A stretch of DNA of 59,266 bases, filler included. It is 6 parts of 6 records of this genome, joined end to end, with 100 filler letters (N's around TTAATTAATTAA, not from the genome) between each part and the next. Parts side by side here need not be neighbours in the genome. Positions count along the whole stretch, not along the records: positions 29,555 to 39,444 come from SRR2962707_4931; positions 39,545 to 51,178 come from SRR2962707_4933; 4 more parts are not named here. The stretch is one strand, 5' to 3'. Under the pieces are notes generated by a model, which saw only the letters and a list, made by a program, of their open reading frames with translations, was not told where the DNA came from and made no database searches. Shown piece by piece: positions 30,471 to 40,367 of the stretch (position 1 is the stretch's first letter; each line of letters starts with the position of its first letter). Position numbers and translations under genes: made by a program.

Positions 30471-31868
30471 TTAGCGCAGACCGGTTGTCGTCATGCCGGT
30501 AAAGAATTCAAGCTGCCAGTTCATGTCATCTTCGCTGAGCGGATATTGATTGCCGTTGCGCGGATTGAGTGTCTGGCTTGGCGGGACGTGACCAAGTTTG
30601 ACCTGGATTTTCACCGCAAGGTCCGCCGGAAGCCCTGCTTTCCATGTCAATGAGACAACACCTTTGGCCGAGTGGGTGTTAAGAACCTTGGTGACGGCTT
30701 CTGGTGGTATGCCTGCCAAAACAGACAGGGCAGCCCGGGCAAATTTTATATCATTCGCAGCCAATGCCTTTGCGACTTCCTTATCGTTAAGCTTTTTCTT
30801 GGCATGAAGTGCAAGGGCCCTTTCATAAGCTGGCTCCTCTTCTTCTTCGTCGGCATCAGCAGCCGCTTTACCGGCAGGGCTGTCGGCCTTGCTGCCTTTA
30901 TCCTTGGCAGCGACTTTGTCAGTCTTTTTGCCCTTTTGCTTCTTGGCATCTTCCGGGGCTTCGTCGCGTTTTTCAAACTCACCAGATGCAATGCGCCGCT
31001 GTACGACTTCGCGGACAGCATCAAGCTGTTCCTTTTTAAGGTCCTTGCGCCGTTCAAGCACGCTGATCAGGTTTTCGGCAACAAACCGGGCCAGTTTTCC
31101 TGCCGCCGATGGCGGCAATTGCTGACGTTCGACCAATGGTTCATGCCATTCCGGATAATCCGGTGCACGATCGATCAGCTGATCAAGGGTTTCTTCACGG
31201 ATCTGGGCGGATTTATTTCCCAAAAGGTGCGAAATCGCATCCTTGTCGCTGCTCGATGCGATCGCATCTGACAGTTTTTCACCGACATTACGACGGCGCG
31301 AGACAAAGCTTAGCGCGCCACGCCCGGAACTGCCTTCAATGATTTCAAGAAGGTCTTCTTCGCTAAGTACCGGCGAATATTGCAGAACCGGACCACAAAC
31401 GACACTTTCGGCATCACGTGCCAGTTGCTGGATGATTGGCTGCGGTGCTTCGGCAATGTCTTTAAGAGTTTCAGAAATTACCTGACGGACGTGGACAGCC
31501 TGATCTCGTGCGAGTTTATCAAGCGCCTCATAAGTCATGCGACGCAGTTTGTCGGTTTCATTCGGCGTTAGACCGGCCGAGAGATGTGCAATTTTTTCAG
31601 CAAGACTACCGCGCACACTGTCATCGGAATCATCGGTCAGAAGAACATCGGCCTGAACCGGGGTCGCTTCGTTGGCCGCAATATGACGACGGACAGAGGA
31701 ATCGTTGTCGGTTGCCAGGAAATACAGGATCTCAGGGCGCGTATCATGGCGCTGCGCAAGTTTGCCACGGACATCTGCGTCCGGGCTTCCTGCCATTTCC
31801 TTGGCTTCGTCATAGGTGATCGGGGTTTCGCGCCGTTTGGTGAAGACCCGCTGCAAAAATCCCTTCAT
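30471..31868 (-). CDS. DUF2336-family protein with N-terminal HEAT-like repeats
   Basis: 465 aa; PEILYFLATD..VRR..A repeats; LARDAESVVCGPVLQYSPVLSEEDL; LLGNKSAQI; SLTWKAGL. Confidence 0.8.
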   Translation of the reverse strand: MKGFLQRVFTKRRETPITYDEAKEMAGSPDADVRGKLAQRHDTRPEILYFLATDNDSSVRRHIAANEATPVQADVLLTDDSDDSVRGSLAEKIAHLSAGLTPNETDKLRRMTYEALDKLARDQAVHVRQVISETLKDIAEAPQPIIQQLARDAESVVCGPVLQYSPVLSEEDLLEIIEGSSGRGALSFVSRRRNVGEKLSDAIASSSDKDAISHLLGNKSAQIREETLDQLIDRAPDYPEWHEPLVERQQLPPSAAGKLARFVAENLISVLERRKDLKKEQLDAVREVVQRRIASGEFEKRDEAPEDAKKQKGKKTDKVAAKDKGSKADSPAGKAAADADEEEEEPAYERALALHAKKKLNDKEVAKALAANDIKFARAALSVLAGIPPEAVTKVLNTHSAKGVVSLTWKAGLPADLAVKIQVKLGHVPPSQTLNPRNGNQYPLSEDDMNWQLEFFTGMTTTGLR

Positions 31869-31880
31869 CGGGTATTCCTC

Positions 31881-33617
31881 CTAATCTTCTATCTTTGCCG
31901 GATCTTCTGATCCGGGTGCGGCAGCGATGCCAAAACGACCTTTGCCATGTTTCTTGACCTGATACATGGTTTGATCTGCGCGTTGTACAAGATGCTGTAA
32001 TTCTTCTTTCGAAGAGGGTTCGTGAACGGCGATCCCCACAGATATGCCCAACGGATGTTCCTTGTCACCGGAATATTTTGTCAGGATGGCGCTTTCTTTC
32101 ATCAGCACCTTCGCACGCCGTGAAGCCGCGTTTACATCGGCACCTTCAAGCCATAGAACAAATTCATCACCACCCAGTCGCGCAACCAGATCAGCGGGGC
32201 GTACATTGTCTTGCAGCACATGTGTCAGGGCAAGGATGGCTTCATCACCTGTCTGGTGGCCATGAATGTCATTCACCAGTTTGAAGTTATCCATATCAAC
32301 ATACATCAGCGATGCCGGTTCGGCAGCGCGTTGCAATCGGCTATGGCGACGTTTGAGTTCTTCAAAGAATGCCCGACGGTTCAGAAGCCCGGTCATGCCA
32401 TCAGTGCGTGACAATGTCAGAATGCGCTCATGCTGGATTGCCTGTTCGATGGCAATGCCGACCTGATCTGAAACCTCAGTCATGATGGCACGTTCACCAT
32501 CCGTTGGTTCAGGGTGATCTGCATTAAACATAAAGACAACCGCGCCATTGTTGCGTTGGTGGTAATGGCAGCGCAGGGCAAAAATGCGGTATTCGCCAAT
32601 CTGGGCGTCAAACGGTTCTTCTGTGCTTTGCAGTTGGCTCAGGGCCTGCTTGGCAATTTCACAGGCATCCTTACTTTCATCGCCAGCAGCGATATCAAGT
32701 TCGTCAGTTTCGTCATTGCGTTTGAAAATCACACAGTTTGAGCAGGCAAGTGCACGCGTGCTGGCCTCGGATGCGCCTTTTAAAACCATAAGGGGATCAA
32801 TTTCGTCACGCATGGTGCGCACGATGTAAGTCATCAGGCGGTCACGGTTTCGTGCGGTCGAAACTTCCCCTTCGCGGCGGCGCTGTTCTGTTATGTCATG
32901 GGCCAGACCACGGGTTCCGGTCCAGCGGCCTTCGCGGGAATAAACCGGGGTCGAAGACACGGACAGGCAGGCATCATTGCCGTTTGACCGACGGAACCAG
33001 ACCGGAACATCACGGACGGCCTTTTGACTGCGAAAAACGTGTTCGCTGTCCTGTTCGACAGTATCAAGCAAGAAGTTGCGCGGGAAACGCCCAACGATAT
33101 CATCGGCCCGATATCCCAATGCTCCACGCGGAGAAACAAAGACAAACTTGCCTGTTTCATCCGTTTCCCAGGCAAAGGCCGAGGAAACTTCAACAATGTC
33201 GCGATATCTTTGGCGCGAATCAATCAGGGCTTCGCGTAAATTACGATCCATGCTGACATCACGCGGCAAAATCATTACCTGATTGCTGCCGGTCGGAAGG
33301 GCGGTCAGTTCAAGTGTCGCTGTGCCACGCTGAACTTCAAAGGTCATCATTTCAACCACACCACCCGGTGTGGTGAGTGTCCGGCGGATCAGTTGAAAAA
33401 TTTCAGGGAACAGACCGTCACGAATGCCTTTGGCAAACCCGACAGCGTTCTTATTGGCAAATAGTGGAACCCCATGGGCATCCATGACGATGACGGGGGC
33501 TTCTGCCTGCGCCATGACTTTGGGATCAAGAGTGAAAACACTTGCATCATAGCTGATCAGATCATCGATTGCGTCAGCACTTAACGATGCGGTGTCGACA
33601 GGGTGACGGGAAGTCAT
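31881..33617 (-). CDS. Diguanylate cyclase, PAS-PAS-GAF-GGDEF
   Basis: 578 aa; PAS (FAWETD..FVFVSP), GAF-like segment, TDGMTGLLNRR, DMDNFKLVND, I-site RPAD, GGDEF. Confidence 0.92.
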   Translation of the reverse strand: MTSRHPVDTASLSADAIDDLISYDASVFTLDPKVMAQAEAPVIVMDAHGVPLFANKNAVGFAKGIRDGLFPEIFQLIRRTLTTPGGVVEMMTFEVQRGTATLELTALPTGSNQVMILPRDVSMDRNLREALIDSRQRYRDIVEVSSAFAWETDETGKFVFVSPRGALGYRADDIVGRFPRNFLLDTVEQDSEHVFRSQKAVRDVPVWFRRSNGNDACLSVSSTPVYSREGRWTGTRGLAHDITEQRRREGEVSTARNRDRLMTYIVRTMRDEIDPLMVLKGASEASTRALACSNCVIFKRNDETDELDIAAGDESKDACEIAKQALSQLQSTEEPFDAQIGEYRIFALRCHYHQRNNGAVVFMFNADHPEPTDGERAIMTEVSDQVGIAIEQAIQHERILTLSRTDGMTGLLNRRAFFEELKRRHSRLQRAAEPASLMYVDMDNFKLVNDIHGHQTGDEAILALTHVLQDNVRPADLVARLGGDEFVLWLEGADVNAASRRAKVLMKESAILTKYSGDKEHPLGISVGIAVHEPSSKEELQHLVQRADQTMYQVKKHGKGRFGIAAAPGSEDPAKIED

Positions 33618-35461
33618 GCGCGTCCTCCTGTTATGGCCGAAACATCAATGTTTTCTTCCGACGAGATGTCAGTTGCTGTTGTGACATTTGCTTTGTCATA
33701 GCTATCTTTACTGCCAATCGTAACGGGCGGGCCAAGATGGTAGCCTTGTCCGTAATCAATGCCCAGATCACGCACCATTTCATAGCTGGCCTGATCATGG
33801 ATCATTTCGGCAATTGTGTGGATACCAAGATCATGGCAAAGAAGGGCAGTAGCCTTTAGGAAGGCGCGGCCCTTGGGGTTTGCAAGTGCTGTGCGCATCG
33901 CACCACCATCAAATTTGATAATGTCGACATCCAATGCACTAAGATATTCAAAGTTCGCGGCACCGGCACCAAAATCATCAAGACAGACTTCATGGCCACG
34001 TTTGCGCAAAATTTGCAGTCCGTTATTCACATCGGTCAGGCCACGGATACGTGACGTTTCGGTAACTTCAAACAATACCCTGCTTGGTGCAATGTCATAT
34101 TGATCAAGGAGTTCCACCAAAGCAGGAAGGAACCCGGCCTGTTCAAGTGAATGTCCCGAAAGGTTCACGGCGACCGGGTAGGGGATGTTATCCGGGCCGT
34201 CGCGCACGTGATCCAGAACCTTGCTGCACATTGCCAAGTCAAATTCAGTGATCAGTCCTGTGCCTTCGGCAAAGTGAATGATTTGATCGACGGCAAGCGG
34301 GCTGTTGCCGATGTTAAACCGTGCGAGGGCCTCGAAATGGTGCATTTCCTGGCTATGAAGATGGACAATCGGCTGAAGAGCGACGGCAAACGACCCGTTT
34401 TCGACGATTTCGCGGAACGCGCGTACGGATTTCAGCGTTTCATTAATCAAATGCGGCAGGCTGGCTGAAAGCCGGGCTGCGGTGACTTCGTTCTGCGCTT
34501 TGCGTTGCATACGGTTCAAGGCATATGCCACAGCACGTGTCAGATTGGTTTCACGATCATTTTCACTATTTTCAGCATCAAAATGATGAATGTTGCGCGC
34601 GCTTTCATAGTCACTGCCGAACGGGTCAGATGCATCAGACCGTTTCGTGTTTGGATCAGATGATGACGCGCTATTGGTTAAGGCCATCAAGCCATCGCGA
34701 ACCGGTTCTTCAAGATCGGCGCGTAATGCTGAGGCATATGCAACAATGCGCCGTTCAAGTTCAATCATCGGCTCGTCAACGGGGTGGATTTTCGTTGTTT
34801 TATGCGAAGGGGATGCGTTGATCGTTAAGGATGGTGCAAATTGTTTGACGCCAATGCCGATCAGACGGGCGAGTTCATTCGTAGCGGCGGTTTCGGCCTG
34901 CGAACGCGAAGCTGCCAGATTTTCAAGTACGACCAAGGCCTCGCTGTGATAAGAGGCCACCGCCTTGTCGGTCAGGGTTGCGGTATGGCGCGTTTCGGCG
35001 TTTTGGTTTTGTCGAATGACTGCATTTTGCAGAATAATCCGGTCTATACCGGAACGGGCGCGCGGGCGAATAGCGCGGTGACGGGCGGCAATGTAATATC
35101 TGCTTGATGGGTCAGCGATCATATAACCGCTAAGCGACAAAGGGACGGATTCCTGAAGCGGGCTGCCATCAGCTTCAAAAAGCTGAAAATCCAGATCAAG
35201 TTCTTCAAGTCGTTTCAGTCCGTTGCTGGTGTGCAGATACGCACGCATCAAAGGCCGTTCTGATTTTACGACAATGTTTTCAAGTGCTTCACCAATCAAA
35301 CGGTCCGGTGTGCAACCCAGCAGGCTTTCGGTCGCACCGGCGACAAACAGAATGTAGCCGTTTTCATCGACTTCAAGCAGCATGTCCGCCCAGCAGAACG
35401 CCATGGCTGCCAAAAGGTCCTGGTCGTTTGTTTCCGCAGAATACCCGGTGCTGTCTGTCAT
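33614..35461 (-). CDS. c-di-GMP phosphodiesterase, PAS-EAL
   Basis: 615 aa; N-terminal PAS-like domain; ALQPIV, FEALARF, VAVNLS, FEVTET, LDDFGAG, IKFDG, IAE, QGY; ATGA overlap with the downstream DGC. Confidence 0.9.
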   Translation of the reverse strand: MTDSTGYSAETNDQDLLAAMAFCWADMLLEVDENGYILFVAGATESLLGCTPDRLIGEALENIVVKSERPLMRAYLHTSNGLKRLEELDLDFQLFEADGSPLQESVPLSLSGYMIADPSSRYYIAARHRAIRPRARSGIDRIILQNAVIRQNQNAETRHTATLTDKAVASYHSEALVVLENLAASRSQAETAATNELARLIGIGVKQFAPSLTINASPSHKTTKIHPVDEPMIELERRIVAYASALRADLEEPVRDGLMALTNSASSSDPNTKRSDASDPFGSDYESARNIHHFDAENSENDRETNLTRAVAYALNRMQRKAQNEVTAARLSASLPHLINETLKSVRAFREIVENGSFAVALQPIVHLHSQEMHHFEALARFNIGNSPLAVDQIIHFAEGTGLITEFDLAMCSKVLDHVRDGPDNIPYPVAVNLSGHSLEQAGFLPALVELLDQYDIAPSRVLFEVTETSRIRGLTDVNNGLQILRKRGHEVCLDDFGAGAANFEYLSALDVDIIKFDGGAMRTALANPKGRAFLKATALLCHDLGIHTIAEMIHDQASYEMVRDLGIDYGQGYHLGPPVTIGSKDSYDKANVTTATDISSEENIDVSAITGGRA

Positions 35462-35823
35462 CTGTGAACCGTCATCTAAAGCCGCCTGATCTTCGTGTGC
35501 TGCAGTGTTCGCAGTCTTTCGGAACTTGCGATCTTACTAAGGATATGAAGGATTTGCACTTGATATGCCAAAAAAATCCGCCCCGTATCTGATCTAAAGT
35601 GATTGGGCTGGGAAAACCTGCGGTTTTACAGGCTTAAGCAGATTGGAAATCTTGCATATCATCAAGGCTTTGGTCAGCCTTTTGCCGATACATGCTTTCG
35701 TCAGGGCATGTTTGTTTCGAAATGAAACCGGGGTGGGGATAGAAAAGGATAACCGAAGACCATTCTACCTCAGGCGAGGCAGGAGATCAGCGATATTGGA
35801 TGCGACGTTTGGAAAACATCGGA

Positions 35824-36543
35824 TCAAGCCGCGTCATGGTCGGCATTCTTGGTCGCCACAGTCTTCCGACCTGCGTGTTTTTTGGCATACATGGCGTCAT
35901 CCGCAGCACGGATCAGGTCAGAAATATCGCTTTTGGCCGAGTAAACGGTGTAGCCGAAGCTTGCCTTGATACCAAGGGCCTTGCCTTGCCAGATTAGCGG
36001 GAAGCGCGCGGTTGCGTTTTGGAGTTGGTTGATGCGCTTTTCTGCTGCATCTGGGCTGCTGCCGCTCATGAGAATGGCGAATTCGTCGCCGCCAAAGCGT
36101 GCGACATAGTCATCAGACCGGGTGTGTGTACGCAGGTTTTGGCCAAAGTGGCGCAAAACGGCATCGCCCGCGGCATGGCCGTGTTGGTCATTTATTTCTT
36201 TGAAACCATCAAGGTCAGCAATAACCATCAGGCCACGTTCAGCATTCCGTGCGGCGCGCGCAAGGGCTTCACGGGTGCGGCGCATGAAGCCACGGCGGTT
36301 ATAAAGACCGGTCAATTCGTCGGTTTCGACCATCAGTTCGAGTTGTCGAATCCGATTTTGTTGCTGGTCAAGGCGCGTCTGCATGTCACGGGCCAGATCG
36401 ACCAGCGTTGACAATGCATTGCTTTGCTCGGATTCCTCAGTCGCACGATTGTTAATCGCTGTTTGCTGCTGAAAATCAGCGGCGAGTTCTATGAGCAATT
36501 CTATCTGCGACTTTTCCATGAGCTGTCTTGTAACCAATGACAT
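35824..36543 (-). CDS. Diguanylate cyclase (coiled coil plus GGDEF)
   Basis: 239 aa; TDELTGLYNRR, DLDGFKEINDQHGHAAGD, I-site RSDD, GGDEF, ADDAMY. Confidence 0.93.
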   Translation of the reverse strand: MSLVTRQLMEKSQIELLIELAADFQQQTAINNRATEESEQSNALSTLVDLARDMQTRLDQQQNRIRQLELMVETDELTGLYNRRGFMRRTREALARAARNAERGLMVIADLDGFKEINDQHGHAAGDAVLRHFGQNLRTHTRSDDYVARFGGDEFAILMSGSSPDAAEKRINQLQNATARFPLIWQGKALGIKASFGYTVYSAKSDISDLIRAADDAMYAKKHAGRKTVATKNADHDAA

Positions 36544-36592
36544 GATATGGTGAAACCCTTAAAAGGATAGCTAACCTTTTAGCGTTAATGGC

Positions 36593-36608
36593 TTACAAGA
36601 ACCTTAAC
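36593..36608. promoter_or_regulatory. Candidate CtrA box in the divergent GGDEF/lipoprotein promoter region
   Basis: TTAC-AAGAACC-TTAAC, one mismatch to TTAA-N7-TTAAC; additional TTAA/CTAAC half-sites at 36559-36588. Confidence 0.45.
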
Positions 36609-36665
36609 GTAGCAGGAATGAATTTGTGTTGAATGAGAATCGTTCACGCATAGGAGAACGACTAA

Positions 36666-36974
36666 ATGAAAAACGATTATATGGTTGGACTAGCGAAGAA
36701 AATTGCGGTTTTCACCGTGGCGATTACGCTGTCAGCGTGTTCGTTCCTGCAAAAGGAAAATTTTACCGTTGGCGGCGAAATTACCGATCATGGCCAGGAA
36801 TGTGTAACGTTCCGTGCCGAAGATGGAACGCTTTATGCGCTGGCCAATAAGGCCAGTCGTCTTCGCCCGGGCGATAAAGTGCGCGTGACGGGGCATCTGG
36901 CGCTGATGACAACCTGCACAGAAGCAACGACTTTGATTGTTGATAAGATTGTGCTGCTTGCGCCGGGTGGTTAA
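36666..36974 (+). CDS. Small lipoprotein with probable OB-fold (DUF5818-like)
   Basis: RBS AGGAG; lipobox LSAC; ECVTFRAEDGTLYAL..LRPGDKVRVTG..TTC. Confidence 0.75.
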   Translation: MKNDYMVGLAKKIAVFTVAITLSACSFLQKENFTVGGEITDHGQECVTFRAEDGTLYALANKASRLRPGDKVRVTGHLALMTTCTEATTLIVDKIVLLAPGG

Positions 36975-37017
36975 GGCCATCCAACGGTTTTATCTGGTCA
37001 TTTGAATTCTCGGGAAT

Positions 37018-37809
37018 TTAGTGCTGGGTCGCAAAACAATCGGTGCCGTCGGCTTTTAGCTGACGGCATTTTTGTTCTGCCTGATCCGGCGTGATAAAGC
37101 CAACCAGTTGAAGGCGATGGTAAATTCCTTTGGTTCCCAAATCGGCACTTACGATTGTCTTTTGATGGGTTTGCGCAAGTTCGGGATAGCGAATGCGAAA
37201 ACTCGCCCAATAGGTTTCTGCGGAAATGGTATCGCGAAATGCGCCGAGCTGGATCAGATATGCGTTGCTATTGGCGCTCGCTGCGGCATTTTCTGATCGT
37301 GACGCAGTATTCACCGAATGTGACATATCGGTTTTGGTCGCAATCAATTCTGAAGAACTCGGAGTCTTTCCTTCACTAGGGCGCGGTTGTTCTGGCGTAT
37401 CTTTCCCTGTGCTTTGGGCCTTTTGAACGCTTGTTGGGCGTTGTTGCCGCCGTATTGGCGCGTTGCCTGTCAATGTTTGATGATATTGCGTGGCAAGAGA
37501 CGGGATTTCCAAATCTTCTTCGAGTGTAACACTGGCGGGAATCGTTCCTGGCAGGAGGCTGACCGGCTGATTGGGCTGCGAAACTGTTGACGCATGTGCC
37601 GGAAGATCGGTTGGAATGATATCGATCCCGGTTGGTATGGTGTCGCCGTTCGATGTTTGGGCGTGCGCATTTATAGGTGCTGTAATACCCGCAATAACCA
37701 GCGTCCCAAAAGCAGCAATCAGGTATAAACCACCCCATTTTTTTGATGCGCAAACCGCTTGCGACGAGGCTGTCGCAAGTTGTTGGCGATCATGGGGTGG
37801 TGTATCCAT
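37018..37809 (-). CDS. SPOR-domain cell-envelope protein
   Basis: N-terminal TM, Pro/Ser/Thr-rich linker, C-terminal YLIQLGAF..GIYHRLQL..AEQKCRQLK..DCF. Confidence 0.88.
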   Translation of the reverse strand: MDTPPHDRQQLATASSQAVCASKKWGGLYLIAAFGTLVIAGITAPINAHAQTSNGDTIPTGIDIIPTDLPAHASTVSQPNQPVSLLPGTIPASVTLEEDLEIPSLATQYHQTLTGNAPIRRQQRPTSVQKAQSTGKDTPEQPRPSEGKTPSSSELIATKTDMSHSVNTASRSENAAASANSNAYLIQLGAFRDTISAETYWASFRIRYPELAQTHQKTIVSADLGTKGIYHRLQLVGFITPDQAEQKCRQLKADGTDCFATQH

Positions 37810-37811
37810 TC

Positions 37812-39444
37812 TTACATCTCCGCGCGCGGCTGATAGGCATGTCGTTCACGCAATATCTGGTCATTGCTGCGCAAACGTTCCATGGCTTTGCCATAAACGC
37901 TGTTGGCCGGATATTGGCCGTCATGGCGATCACCAGATGGCATGCCGCTTAGCAGTTCAATGGCATCATTGATGTGTTCAACCGTCCAGATGTTGAACTT
38001 GCCCTGACGGATGGCCTGAACAACTTCTTCGCGAAGGACGACGTTTTCCGCATTGGCAAGCGGGATGATAACCCCCTGATCACCGGTAAAGCCCTGATCC
38101 GCACAGATGCGATAGAACCCTTCGATCTTGTGTGAAACGCCGCCGACCGGTTGCGCTTCGCCAAACTGGTTCATTGATCCGGTCACACCGATATTCTGGC
38201 GCATCGGAATGTTTGATACCGCCGATATGATCGCACAGAGTTCCGCCATCGATGCGGAATCACCTTCGATCCCGCCGTAATTTTGTTCAAACGTAACGTT
38301 ACAGGCAAAGGAAAGCGGGAATTCCTGTGCAAAGCGCGATTTCAGGAAACCTTCAATCGTCATGACCGACTTTTGCTGAAGCGGGCCAGACATATCGACC
38401 ATCCGTTCAATATTAAGAACGCCCAGACTTCCGACATAGGACCGGGCCGAAACACGGGCCGGCAGACCAAAAGCGTGATCGCCATAATCAAGTACGGTAA
38501 GTGCGTTCACCTGTCCGGCAACGGCGCCAAAGCTATCGATCAGGATTTCCCGGCGTTGGACCCGTTCATGGGATCTATCTTCAAGACGGCTGTTGCGGTG
38601 ACGGCGTTCTTCGATTGCGCGGCGGACATCGGCGGCACGAATGGTTTCGCGGCGATCCGATTTGCAAAGTGCCCCGGCTTCAATCGCAACATCTTCGACC
38701 CGTTCGATCTGCGCGGTCAGTTTGTCACGTTCCCCTGCCCAGCGGGCGGCTTGCCCTAACAATTGTCTTATCGCGCCGTTATCAACCGGGATGCCTGAAC
38801 GCGACAAAGCAGATGCACGCAAAAGCCCGGTATAGATCGAAATATTACGCCCGCCAGCAGGCATGTCGGCGTCGATATCGGCCTTTACGCGGAAATGATT
38901 TCGGAAATCCACATCAAGCGAGAAGAAGGTGTAATAGAATTTCGGCGCACCGACGATGACGACCTTAAGATCAAGCGGAATCGGACGGGGTTCTGGTGCG
39001 CCTGCGGTGGGTGGGCCGCCTTTCTGGGTTTCCTCAATTCGGATTTCACGGTCACGCAGGGCGGCTTTTAAATAGCCCCAGCATTCTTCATGCTCTACCA
39101 GCGATTCGGCGCGCAAAACCAACACCCCGCCATTGGCACGGTGTAGTGCGCCGGGTTTGATCAGGCTGAAATGCGGATGCATGCCGCCGCCCATCGGGCG
39201 ATATTGAATTTGACCAAACAGGTTGTCGTAGCTTGGGCTTGGTTCCAAAACCACATCCGGGTGACTGTCACGAGAATGGTCAATCAGAAGATTGACGGCA
39301 TAGCGGTCATCGACGGTTTCGGGGATTTTACCATCGCCACTTTCAATGGCGGGTTGGTCGCTTTCTTCTTCGAAGGCATCGATATTATCGAGGATGTCTT
39401 TTTCAAGTGCTTCGAACCATGCCTTCAGGCCGGGGCTTGTGAAT
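37812..39444 (-). CDS. Lon-like protease (LonC/YcbZ type, S16 domain), 5'-truncated
   Basis: Frame open to the contig edge (RYAVNLLID); GALHRANGG, PIPLDLKV, catalytic EGDSAS and VGGVSHKIEGF. Confidence 0.92.
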
Positions 39445-39544
39445 NNNNNNNNNNNNNNNNNNNNNNNNNNNNNNNNNNNNNNNNNNNNTTAATTAATTAA
39501 NNNNNNNNNNNNNNNNNNNNNNNNNNNNNNNNNNNNNNNNNNNN
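39445..39544. other. Artificial contig linker
   Basis: N44-TTAATTAATTAA-N44. Confidence 0.99.
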
Positions 39545-39733
39545 GGCTCGATTGATGCCTCCTTGCTTCCCATCTTGCAGAGGTTGAATATATCCTCTGA
39601 AAACTGGCTTTGTATTGCTACTGAATTTGAGGCGAGAACAGGCCGGGTCGTCGGGCAAGAATTATCCATAGATCATTACTGTGAATCCCACCATAGAAAG
39701 CGGTATCGTAAAAGTAGTCAGTTACTTATTTAA
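39545..39733 (+). mobile_element. C-terminal tail of a Y1/HUH (IS200/IS605-superfamily, RAYT-like) transposase
   Basis: Manual translation: GSIDASLLPILQRLNISSENWLCIATEFEARTGRVVG...LLI*. It resembles the GxI..PIL.RL.I..ENWL...F....VG tail I recall from about 320-aa Y1 transposases of marine gammaproteobacteria. It lies at the contig edge, and the catalytic HUH part is not visible. Confidence 0.6.
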
Positions 39734-40293
39734 CGAAAATAGTCGATTAGAATACAGTGGATCAACTTCTGGCTGAGATCTTTTTGTAACTAAAAAAGGT
39801 CAAGCAGCATTGTTATTGAAGAATAGTGTGATACTCCCTCTCGCACACTTATTTTTATCCTGTATATTTTGATTTATTAGTGATGAGTGATTTCAGCAGT
39901 GTGCCCAATATATTGTTTTTATTAACTATATAAGATGCCTGTCTTTGTTTTGTTTGTTTTGTTACTCGCCGTTTAAGGGCTCTGAACCTCGTCGTAACCG
40001 CTGAACTCGTTAGCGCCCAATGCTCTCGTGCTTAGCGCCAAAAGTCGCATGCGCCATCACTTTCTAAAGAGCCGTACCTCGACGCGTTAGCGGCTCTCTA
40101 AAAGGTACTGCAAAAAAAGAACCTCTCGCACTGACCTTATTCATACTGTCCAATAAGTGTGTCTAATTGCCAATGCACGCCTGTGACTAAACAGCTAAAA
40201 TCGTAGTCTATTACCTTAGCGTGATATCGCTATTCAACTTTGGGAAGTCTAGAACTTTTAACACCATATTACTCTGTGTCTTTTTCTCATTAT

Positions 40294-40336
40294 AAAAAAC
40301 CTCCAATAAGGCAGTGCCATTATTGGAGGTTTTTTT
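40294..40336. terminator. Bidirectional Rho-independent terminator downstream of uraA
   Basis: AAAAAACCTCCAATAA-GGCAGTGCCA-TTATTGGAGGTTTTTT. Confidence 0.88.
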
Positions 40337-40367
40337 GTTGTTACTTTTTAAATTACCGTAAAAAATA

